From: Clostridia bacterium | Lineage (GTDB): Bacteria > Bacillota > Clostridia > Christensenellales > CAG-1252 | Direction: 5' to 3' | DNA: 64,000 nt | NCBI GenBank assembly: GCA_017444385.1 | Contig: JAFSWQ010000008.1 | Coordinates: 71,685 to 135,684 of the forward strand | Shown: positions 56,501 through 64,000 of the stretch, in pieces | Position numbering within the stretch: the stretch's first letter is position 1 | How the letters are laid out: each line of letters starts with the position of its first letter | Program-made: the position numbers and the translations under genes | The notes under the pieces: model-generated | What the model saw: only the letters and a program-made list of their open reading frames with translations | What the model was told of the DNA's origin: nothing | The model's database searches: none

Positions 56501-57123
56501 AACTCTTTAATCGTCCTCAAAAGCCGTTCGTAAACTTTTTTATGGCTTTCGGCGGTATAGTGAACCCCGTCGTCGCCCACTTTAAGATCATCATTATCTA
56601 TATACGGAATGGAATTCTTTCCGCAATAATCTTTTATAAGGAAATTGAGCCTTTTGCTCTTCTCTTCCGCGTGGGAAAACTTTGCGTCGTTAGTCACTCT
56701 TTTGCCGTCGATCAAGGGTAAACCGCCGACGACAAGCTTCACTTTACTTCCGTCCCAATTGACGAAAGAGGTTATTATAGAAAGGCATTTCTTTACCATT
56801 TCAAGGACGTCTTCCATCGTGTGATCGTACCAGTCTGCAAGCTCGTTGGTACCTACCGAAAAAACCACTATATCAATTTTGTCGTGGGTATCCAAACAAG
56901 GTTTAAGATAGTCGATACCTCTTTTACCCGCTTTGTCAGGGCGAGGATCGTTTGAAAACAAAGTACGCGAGCAAAGCCCTTCTTCGATTATCTCGTAATC
57001 CTCTAACGATTTACTTAAAAGCCTCGTCCAACGCGTATCCTCGTCGTACCTATGATGCGGCGTATTTGGGATATACCCCCAAGTATTCGAATCTCCAAAA
57101 CAAAGAACCTTTTTCTTTACCAT
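56497..57123 (-). CDS. SGNH/GDSL hydrolase
   Basis: I prefer the start MVKKKVLCFGDSNTWG (ATG 57123). GDS block plus C-terminal DGVHYT. Confidence 0.75.
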   Translation of the reverse strand: MVKKKVLCFGDSNTWGYIPNTPHHRYDEDTRWTRLLSKSLEDYEIIEEGLCSRTLFSNDPRPDKAGKRGIDYLKPCLDTHDKIDIVVFSVGTNELADWYDHTMEDVLEMVKKCLSIITSFVNWDGSKVKLVVGGLPLIDGKRVTNDAKFSHAEEKSKRLNFLIKDYCGKNSIPYIDNDDLKVGDDGVHYTAESHKKVYERLLRTIKEL

Positions 57124-57319
57124 AACGAACTTCCTTTTCACTATTATATAAAACGACGATAAAATAGTCAAACGGTATATATAACGAGTTAAAATGAGGA
57201 AAATAATAAGCAAATACTCTTATTATATGTGTATTTAATAACGCTTTGTAGTTGCTAAATAGACGGCAACTTAAAATAAGTCTATATAAAGCTTATAAAT
57301 ATTAAATCCAAACTATATT

Positions 57320-57727
57320 CTATTTTGCATTAACCGTTCGGACGATACCGTTTGTACAATGTATAATTCCTATCTTTTCAAATGGTTCACCTTGCAATAT
57401 TTTAACATATTCTTCTTTTGCACCGTTAAATATTACGTAACGTAATGCGGTATTATTGGTAAAAGCACACTGCCCGATTCTATTAAGCTTTTTTCCTAAA
57501 ACTACAAACTTTAAATTAGTACAGTTATAGAAAGCATTCTCACAGATTTCCACAATATTATCAGACACTATAATTCCTTCAATCGATAAATCACCTTCCA
57601 TAAACGATGAACCGATTACATTTATACAATCATCAAAAGAAACGATATTATCTTTTTTTACTGACAAAAGCGCTTTCCCGTCTTCGACAAGAAATATACG
57701 ATTATCAAAATCTATTATATTTATCAT
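57320..57727 (-). CDS. Small BspA-type leucine-rich-repeat protein
   Basis: 135 aa. AFYNCTNLKFVVLGKKLNRIGQCAFTNNTALRYV. Confidence 0.6.
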   Translation of the reverse strand: MINIIDFDNRIFLVEDGKALLSVKKDNIVSFDDCINVIGSSFMEGDLSIEGIIVSDNIVEICENAFYNCTNLKFVVLGKKLNRIGQCAFTNNTALRYVIFNGAKEEYVKILQGEPFEKIGIIHCTNGIVRTVNAK

Positions 57728-57930
57728 TTTAGATTCTCCTTCAACTAAAATGTAGTTCTATTTAATCTTATCACATATAATCGATTAATACAATATGTTT
57801 GTAAAAATGAATTAAAAAACCATACTACGCTCTAATCATTCTCAATCGCGAAAACAATTATTGATCTTCTTATCAATAACAACAACTAATAAACAATTAT
57901 TATGATGATAAACCGTTTTGTCGCAAAACA

Positions 57931-57960
57931 TAAAAATAAGCAAGCGTTTAAGCTTGCTTA
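57931..57960 (-). terminator. Rho-independent terminator after tRNA-Leu(GAG)
   Basis: 9-bp stem TAAGCAAGC/GCTTGCTTA followed on the - strand by TTTTTA. Confidence 0.75.
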
Positions 57961-57962
57961 TT

Positions 57963-58045
57963 TGGTGCGGCCAGTGAGACTTGAACTCACACGGGGTGCC
58001 CATACGCCCCTCAAACGTACGCGTCTGCCATTCCGCCATGGCCGC
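57963..58045 (-). tRNA. tRNA-Leu (anticodon GAG), CCA encoded
   Basis: Reverse complement GCGGCCATGGCGGAATGGCAGACGCGTACGTTTGAGGGGCGTA...GAGTTCAAGTCTCACTGGCCGCACCA folds as a type II tRNA. Anticodon loop TTGAGGG. Confidence 0.9.
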
Positions 58046-58056
58046 TTGTCTTAATA

Positions 58057-58085
58057 ATATTATTACAATAAGGATTTTTTGTCAA
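58057..58085 (-). promoter_or_regulatory. Sigma-A promoter of tRNA-Leu(GAG)
   Basis: On the - strand: TTGACA (58085-58080), 17-bp spacer, TAATAT (58062-58057), 11 nt before the tRNA 5' end. Confidence 0.65.
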
Positions 58086-58211
58086 GAAGTTTTTATAAAT
58101 TTTTGCAAATTTTCTTCGCTATCGTCAAAAGAGAATTTTCATTAAGACGATAGCGATTTTAAATCTTATCTACTCGTTTATCAAGACGATATCGAAATCT
58201 ACGCGGTAAAA

Positions 58212-60437
58212 CTAAACGTCATAGTTACTTATCAGTTTTGCGGGCGTACGCGTAAGATATGTAAGCGGCGTAAGTAATGCGACAAGGACGCTGAATACAG
58301 CCATAACCGCAAGAGACGCGAGCGCGAGCCAGACGGGATAATAAATTATCTGCGTGCCGATTAGGTTTTCAAGAGTATTGATAACGCTCATATTATCGGC
58401 GGCTATCACCACTACCGACGAGAACAGCCAACCTCTAAAAGAGGATAACGAGAAAATATACAAACTCTCGAAAAACGCGTTTAGTACAAGTTGATTTTTA
58501 GGTACGCCTATCGTACGCATTATTGCGAACTTCTTTTGCGCCGCGATAAAACGCGATTTAGTAAGCTTATACACGCCGATAAGTTGTACGACGAGCAACA
58601 ACACGATTACCAAAAGCGATATAACGTGAGTCGCTATGGAAGTTTTATAGAAGATCTTTTTGACGTAAGTCGCGTAAGAAGTGGCTTTTATTCCTTTGTC
58701 CTCCAATTCTTTTATCGTCTTACGGGGATTATTCGCGTAGAAAAAAGTATTAGCGTCCTTGTAGACGTAATTTTCAAGCGTATATAATCTCTCATAATCG
58801 GCGTCCGAAACGTAAACGAGCGGCTCGTTTCTATTCTCTAATCCAACGATGGTAAGATACAACGGTTCGTCGGTTACGACGGTTTCCGTATAAGCGGTGG
58901 GCTTATTATAATAATCCTCTTCGTTGCCCTCGGGATAGTAATAAACGCTACCGTATATTTTATTGTCGATATCCAACCTCATACCGATAAGCTGTTCGGG
59001 TAAGACTATGCCGACGTCGCTTAACGAAGTGTTTTTGATTCCTCTATCGTATAGAAGTTTATCAACTTTGACTTCGCCTTCATCGAGGGCGATTCCGAAA
59101 ATAGAAGCGGGTAAAACCCCGACGTTACTTGCGTTGCCGAGGCTTGCCTGCGATTCAAAAGGCGAAGCGCCCGCCGAAATAGTAACGCTCACGTTTACGC
59201 CTTTATTCACTACTCTACCGTCAAGCCCCATCTTCGCAACGTCGCTTTCTTTGGCGTTAATGCAAATTACGTTGCTATCGTGCGGTTTATAAGCAAATTC
59301 GTTGTATACAAGCGAGCCGGCGTTAGCCGCAACGAGCAAAACGAATATGAGCGAACACAAAAACATAGTGCGGAAGCGGTTTTTTCTTCTCTGCCCACGA
59401 GTCGCCAAAAAGTCGTTTAATACGTTTTTACAGGTGCGCTTATAGTCTATCGCGTGGGTCTTTTTGCGTTCGGTTGCGGTGAGTTTATCGAGATCCAGTT
59501 CCGCCTCGTCCTCGTTTTTTTCTTTTACAGTGTATTTCTCTTCGGTGAGTTTAATCGAACTATCCTCGTCCACGATATTTACGACCTTATCGGTATCTAT
59601 CTTAATATAGAGCTTGTTGTCGTAGGATACGATCTTGATATTCGCCTTAGCGTTGTGTTCGCCGAAGAATTCCATATTCAAGCCGCCCAACGTGACGTCG
59701 TTTCTCTCGAGGTCGCCGAGATATATAACGTCTTTCGATCTATGATCGAGCGTCGCGTTGCTTTCGTTTATCTCGTCGGAAACGACCTTTCCGTCGGCAA
59801 GCCTTATTATCCTATCCGCGTAATAATCGGCGAGATTTTCCTCGTGAGTGACCATAATGACGAGGCAATGCTTGGATAGTCCTTTCAAAATACGCATTAC
59901 AGCCACGGTGTTCGTATCGTCGAGGTTGCCCGTCGGCTCGTCGGCAATGAGTATCTCGGGATTTTTAACGATGGCTCTCGCAATACCTACCCTTTGTTGT
60001 TGACCGCCCGATAGGTTTTGCGGATAACGGTTCTGGTATTTCGCCAAACCCACAAGGTCGAGCGCGTACTCTATCCTTTCCTTTTGATTATCGACTATGC
60101 CCGCAAGGTCGAGAGAAATCTTCAAATTCTCGCTTACCGTGATATCCGGGATAAGGTTGTAGTTTTGGAAAACGTAACCTATTTTACGGTTTCTCAACTC
60201 GTCGAGTTCCTTTGCGTTATACTTCGAGAAGGTCTTGTCATCGATGGTGACTTCCCCGCTGTTGAAGACGTCGAGTCCGCCTAAAACGTTCAATAGCGTA
60301 CTCTTACCGCATCCCGACTTACCCAAAAGCACGACGAGTCCCTTCCCTTCGAGTTCGAGGGTTACGCCGTCGACCGCTTTTATCTCGTTCGACTTATTAG
60401 TGTTATAGTACTTAAAGAGGTTATTGATTTTAAGCAT
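58212..60437 (-). CDS. Fused ABC transporter ATP-binding / FtsX-type permease protein
   Basis: 741 aa. Walker A GKSGCGKST, signature LSGGQQQR, Walker B LIADEPT. C-terminal TM region. Confidence 0.8.
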   Translation of the reverse strand: MLKINNLFKYYNTNKSNEIKAVDGVTLELEGKGLVVLLGKSGCGKSTLLNVLGGLDVFNSGEVTIDDKTFSKYNAKELDELRNRKIGYVFQNYNLIPDITVSENLKISLDLAGIVDNQKERIEYALDLVGLAKYQNRYPQNLSGGQQQRVGIARAIVKNPEILIADEPTGNLDDTNTVAVMRILKGLSKHCLVIMVTHEENLADYYADRIIRLADGKVVSDEINESNATLDHRSKDVIYLGDLERNDVTLGGLNMEFFGEHNAKANIKIVSYDNKLYIKIDTDKVVNIVDEDSSIKLTEEKYTVKEKNEDEAELDLDKLTATERKKTHAIDYKRTCKNVLNDFLATRGQRRKNRFRTMFLCSLIFVLLVAANAGSLVYNEFAYKPHDSNVICINAKESDVAKMGLDGRVVNKGVNVSVTISAGASPFESQASLGNASNVGVLPASIFGIALDEGEVKVDKLLYDRGIKNTSLSDVGIVLPEQLIGMRLDIDNKIYGSVYYYPEGNEEDYYNKPTAYTETVVTDEPLYLTIVGLENRNEPLVYVSDADYERLYTLENYVYKDANTFFYANNPRKTIKELEDKGIKATSYATYVKKIFYKTSIATHVISLLVIVLLLVVQLIGVYKLTKSRFIAAQKKFAIMRTIGVPKNQLVLNAFFESLYIFSLSSFRGWLFSSVVVIAADNMSVINTLENLIGTQIIYYPVWLALASLAVMAVFSVLVALLTPLTYLTRTPAKLISNYDV

Positions 60438-62424
60438 TGTTGATCACCCCTTTTATCGTATTTTTATATAGATAGCGGTTAAACCTGTTGGCGTTTCCTA
60501 TGGTGACGAAGACGTTTACGGCAAGCGCGATAAGGTTAATCCAAGAGATATTCCCCGCATATCCTTTAAGCAGCGAGAATCCGAAAGAGATCTCGGGCGT
60601 TATCGAGAAGCCGTAAATGATCAATACCAAATAGGATAATATAGTCCCCGCAAGCCAACCGATAACTGCGGTCAAAATCATTTCAACGTAGTAAACCCGC
60701 TTTATAAACCAGTCGTCAAGCCCCGTCGTACGCATAATATTGTAATCGCGGCTCTTGACCTTTTCCACGTCTTTAATACTTCCGTTCGTTATTCTAAACA
60801 CTATCGCGGTGAGTCCAAGTAAACCGATTATCGTCAATAAAACGTAAATACTCGTTATTCCAAGCCCGGACACGCCGTACTTGTACGTAACGACGTAGCC
60901 TTTTCCCGCTAATTCCTTAATAGTTTTGTTGATATTTGCCTTAGGATCTAAAGTCACGACGAGCCCGTAATCGTGATAAGGGTTATCCGTATATGGATTC
61001 TCGGCTATCGCCTTTTCAAGAAAACCGTCGCTCGTTATAATAAGGTCGTCTTTATCTCTTACTATCACGCCGCAAACCGTCAATTCGTAGTCGAGAGGCT
61101 CGTGATATACCGAAAAAAGCAAACCCGTACCCGCGAATTCTTCTCTGTTTATTACCTTACCTATCCAATCTTTCGCCGTATATTTACGCGATTGCGGCAG
61201 AGTGATAACTATCTCGTTATCCTTTTCGGGCATTCTTCCGCGATAAATTATCACGTCGGTTGACGACGCGTTGCGCAAATAACCCGAGAATTCTTTGCCG
61301 TCTACGATGACCGTCATCATCGCGTTCAATATATAATTATAGGGATAAACGTGAGAAACACCTTTTACCGACTTGATAGAGGCGAGGTCTTCCTCGTTAA
61401 ACGAATAATAAGCGGACAATTCTTCGTCGGATTTTCCTTCGTGAGATATCGCTTTTTTAGTGATTTCCAAGTCGTACTTATAATAGTTCGTGTTGTCGAG
61501 AATGCTCTTTTGTTTATGTAACGACGGCATACTTTGCCCTATCGCCAGTATAAAGACCCAAATAAAGACGACCGTCAAGAAAGCCAACGAGGTAAGCGTG
61601 AAAATCGTCCTTTTAGGCGTGGCTTTTATATTGTAGAATCCAACGCGGAAAAGGTTGGCGTATCTCGCTTTTTTAGATATTTCCCTTTTAGTCGAGAGGT
61701 TTTCGCTCTCAGAGGGGCTACTCAAAACCTCGTCTTCGCTCACTTCCCCGTCCGCAAGGCGTATCTTTCTCGTTGCGTAAGGCTCTAATTCCTCAAACGA
61801 GTGGGTAACGATGAAAACGAGTTTGCCTTTCGCTAACTTAAACAGCAATTCGAGTATTTCTCGGCTGGTTTCGGCGTCAAGGTTGCCGGTCGGCTCGTCG
61901 GCAAACAAAATGGGCGCGTCTTTCGCCAATGCGCGAGCGATCGAGACCCTTTGCTTTTGCCCGCCCGAAAGCTTACTTCCGCGACTGTTTTCAAAGCCTT
62001 TCAAACCTACTTCTTCAATAAGTGAAAGCACTTTCTTCTTACGTTCTTCGTTATCTTCAACGGAATTTAATAGAGCGAGTTCGATATTTTGATAAACCGT
62101 GTAACTATCGATAAGATAGTAATCTTGAAAGATAAACGCTACGTTTTCATTCCGGAAAGCCGCTCTTTCCGCTTCGTTAAAGTAGTTAATACTCTCGCCC
62201 TTAAAAAAGTATTCGCCGTCGTCGAAAGTATCAAGACAGCTCAAAACGTTCAGCAAGGTACTTTTACCGCTACCCGAACTACCCGTAATTGCGACGTATT
62301 CGCCTTGATAAAAGGATAGAGATATCTTGTGCAAGCCTACCGTCAGCGCGCCTTGATTATATATCTTCGACACTTTATTTAGTTGTATCAAAGGTTTGTT
62401 TTCTTCCATATCGTCATTTATCAT
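60430..62424 (-). CDS. Fused ABC transporter ATP-binding / FtsX-type permease protein (paralogue of the downstream gene)
   Basis: Walker A GSSGSGKST, LSGGQKQR, LFADEPT. The start is ambiguous (62424 or 62409). The ORF-track start at 62472 lies inside a REP/MITE-like copy. Confidence 0.75.
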   Translation of the reverse strand: MINDDMEENKPLIQLNKVSKIYNQGALTVGLHKISLSFYQGEYVAITGSSGSGKSTLLNVLSCLDTFDDGEYFFKGESINYFNEAERAAFRNENVAFIFQDYYLIDSYTVYQNIELALLNSVEDNEERKKKVLSLIEEVGLKGFENSRGSKLSGGQKQRVSIARALAKDAPILFADEPTGNLDAETSREILELLFKLAKGKLVFIVTHSFEELEPYATRKIRLADGEVSEDEVLSSPSESENLSTKREISKKARYANLFRVGFYNIKATPKRTIFTLTSLAFLTVVFIWVFILAIGQSMPSLHKQKSILDNTNYYKYDLEITKKAISHEGKSDEELSAYYSFNEEDLASIKSVKGVSHVYPYNYILNAMMTVIVDGKEFSGYLRNASSTDVIIYRGRMPEKDNEIVITLPQSRKYTAKDWIGKVINREEFAGTGLLFSVYHEPLDYELTVCGVIVRDKDDLIITSDGFLEKAIAENPYTDNPYHDYGLVVTLDPKANINKTIKELAGKGYVVTYKYGVSGLGITSIYVLLTIIGLLGLTAIVFRITNGSIKDVEKVKSRDYNIMRTTGLDDWFIKRVYYVEMILTAVIGWLAGTILSYLVLIIYGFSITPEISFGFSLLKGYAGNISWINLIALAVNVFVTIGNANRFNRYLYKNTIKGVINNA

Positions 62425-62438
62425 TAAAACATTTTTTT

Positions 62439-62535
62439 CGTCATGTTGAGCTTGTCGAAACATCTCTTCCATATTTATTTTATAATTACAGTACCACTGT
62501 TTAGGGGATCCCTCGACAGGCTCGGGATGACGTAC
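62439..62535 (+). repeat. Full-length REP/MITE-like element (locus G, copy 1)
   Basis: CGTCATGTTGAGCTTGTCGAAACATCTC - ~40 nt AT-rich - TTAGGGGATCCCTCGACAGGCTCGGGATGACGTAC. Confidence 0.9.
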
Positions 62536-62548
62536 TTATTCACTCACG

Positions 62549-62637
62549 CGAACGCAGCGAGCGTTCGAGAAAACCATAAAGGTTTTCGAGAAAAAGGAAC
62601 GACCAAGCATAGGTGATGTTGACAATTATTTGTCAAC
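62549..62637. promoter_or_regulatory. Three consecutive short palindromes between the two locus-G repeat copies
   Basis: CGAACGC-AGCGA-GCGTTCG (62549-62567); GAAAACC-ATAAA-GGTTTTC (62569-62587); GTTGACAA-TTAT-TTGTCAAC (62618-62637). Confidence 0.6.
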
Positions 62638-62653
62638 GAATAAAAGCGAAAGT

Positions 62654-62752
62654 CGTGACGCGTTGAGTTTGTCGAAACATCTCTTCCATATTTATTTTAT
62701 AATTACAATACCACTGTTTAGGGAATCCCTCTACTGGCTAGGGATGACGTAC
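62654..62752 (+). repeat. Full-length REP/MITE-like element (locus G, copy 2, more diverged arms)
   Basis: CGTGACGCGTTGAGTTTGTCGAAACATCTC...TTTAGGGAATCCCTCTACTGGCTAGGGATGACGTAC. The interior is near-identical to copy 1. Confidence 0.85.
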
Positions 62753-62820
62753 TTGTTTTCTTCGCATAGTTAAAGGCTGTGAATATAATCACAGCCTTTA
62801 CTTCAATATCGAATCACCTT

Positions 62821-64000
62821 TTACTCTTCAGTGGAAGTTTCCGCTTCTTGCGATTCTTCGGCGGGGGCTTCCTCTATAGCCGCGTCGTCTGCTGTTTCTT
62901 CGATAATTACTTCTTCGTTACCGGTTTCTTCGGTTTCGCCGTCTACTACGGTTTCGCCATTATCTTCCGTAATCCCTTCGAAGACTTCGTCGAGAGCGGC
63001 TTGTTCTCTTTGTCTTCTTCTCTCGATGAGCTCGGCAAGTATCTTTGCGTGTTCCTTATCGTCAAGGGCGTATTTCCAAGTGGGGATAACGCTCAATAAG
63101 CAGGAAATAGCCGAAGGAATGGAAATAACGAGGAACAATATCATCATAAAGTTGCTGTACTCGGTGGCAAGCCTCGGCGTACCGCCCGCGTTGATAAACG
63201 CGTTTACTTCCGCTACGCGCGCGTCAGAGAATCTAACGATGGAATACGCGATACCCGTAATAATTGTAGCGAGACCGGATTGCAACTTAACGAGGAAGGT
63301 TTGACCCGAGAAGAACAACGCGTCGGGGCGTCTGCCCGATTTATACTCTTCGTAGTCTACGCAGTCGGCTATCATAGTGGATTGCAAAACGTTCAGCGCG
63401 CCGGTACCTGCGCCCGCAAAGGCGAACAATACGAAGCATACCGCTATCCAAACGGGCGCCGTCAAAGAGTGCGGCGCGATCTTATACGCTACGAATATGA
63501 GAATAAACGGAAGAACCATTATAAGATTGCTTGCGTTATAAACGTGTTTCTTTGAGAATTTCTCGCTCAATTTAGGCGCGAAGCCCATACCCGCGAACAT
63601 ACCGACGAACAAACCGCCGCCTAATAGTCCCATATATACGAAGGTCATTATAGGGCTCTTACTCGCGAAGTAGTAACTTACGATAGTCATAGCGACTATA
63701 TTGATTATGCTCTTCGCGCTGCCTAAAACGCCGGATATCAACAATTGGACGTAAGGTTTATTGTGAATAATTATCTTTAAGTTGTCTTTTAGGTGAGTTT
63801 TTTCGGTAGCGGCTATTCTTTCCTTTACTTTAAATCCGGTGAGTTGGAACATTATCGTACCGATTAGGGAAATGATAATCGCAACCACTAAGAAGCCGTA
63901 TTTTTCACCGTCGGCGGCGGTAAGACCGAATTTACTCGCTATCGCGCCTCCCACGCCCAAAGCGATGGGTTGCATCGAAAGCATTACCGCTCCGCCCGCG
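62821..64000 (-). CDS. MFS/GPH-family sugar:cation symporter with an acidic C-terminal tail (N-terminus lies beyond the window)
   Basis: Multi-TM ORF still open at the window edge. GPH-like pattern (DCVDYEEYKSGRRPDALFFSG). Confidence 0.7.
   Translation of the reverse strand, partial: AGGAVMLSMQPIALGVGGAIASKFGLTAADGEKYGFLVVAIIISLIGTIMFQLTGFKVKERIAATEKTHLKDNLKIIIHNKPYVQLLISGVLGSAKSIINIVAMTIVSYYFASKSPIMTFVYMGLLGGGLFVGMFAGMGFAPKLSEKFSKKHVYNASNLIMVLPFILIFVAYKIAPHSLTAPVWIAVCFVLFAFAGAGTGALNVLQSTMIADCVDYEEYKSGRRPDALFFSGQTFLVKLQSGLATIITGIAYSIVRFSDARVAEVNAFINAGGTPRLATEYSNFMMILFLVISIPSAISCLLSVIPTWKYALDDKEHAKILAELIERRRQREQAALDEVFEGITEDNGETVVDGETEETGNEEVIIEETADDAAIEEAPAEESQEAETSTEE

Noticed and set aside
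62439-62472. Spo0A boxes (TGTCGAA) inside the repeat-element arms
   Set aside because: TTGTCGAAAC occurs in several left arms, but other copies read TAGTCGAA or CGTCGAAGG. The 7-mer is part of the conserved hairpin and there is no sporulation-gene context, so coincidence is likely.

Overview
This 64-kb window looks like a chromosomal segment of a low-GC Firmicutes-type (Clostridia-like) bacterium, judged from gene content and synteny only. Most of it is housekeeping. On the + strand: dnaX-ybaB-recR. On the - strand: miaB-mutS-mutL-miaA-ynbB-like; pgi; hpf; clpC; rpsU; and the block lepA-hemW-hrcA-grpE-dnaK-dnaJ-prmA-rsmE-mtaB, with two CIRCE operators. There are also two stand-alone tRNA-Leu genes, a GH2 beta-galactosidase, an ApbE/NusG-II/Gx-transporter cluster, two fused ABC-ATPase/FtsX permeases, and a 1515-aa DUF4011-type SF1 helicase-nuclease. 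I saw no rRNA, CRISPR array, transposase or clear prophage. Three things stand out. (1) A ~2.47-kb ORF-free region (20715-23190) is built from a 14-bp-periodic repeat whose core is the near-palindromic heptamer TACWGTA. The left blocks are mostly TACAGTA and the right blocks mostly TACTGTA, facing each other across a unique core. It lies next to an XRE / tyrosine-recombinase / Cys-rich mini-protein operon whose promoter region carries a perfect 23-bp palindrome centred on the same heptamer. (2) A dispersed REP/MITE-like hairpin family has about 11 copies at 7 intergenic loci and shows compensatory stem changes. One locus is tandemly triplicated and one copy sits in the loop of a bidirectional terminator. 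(3) A 7 x 21-bp iteron-like array (33431-33577). Functional calls rest on motifs read from the translations. No database search was possible.
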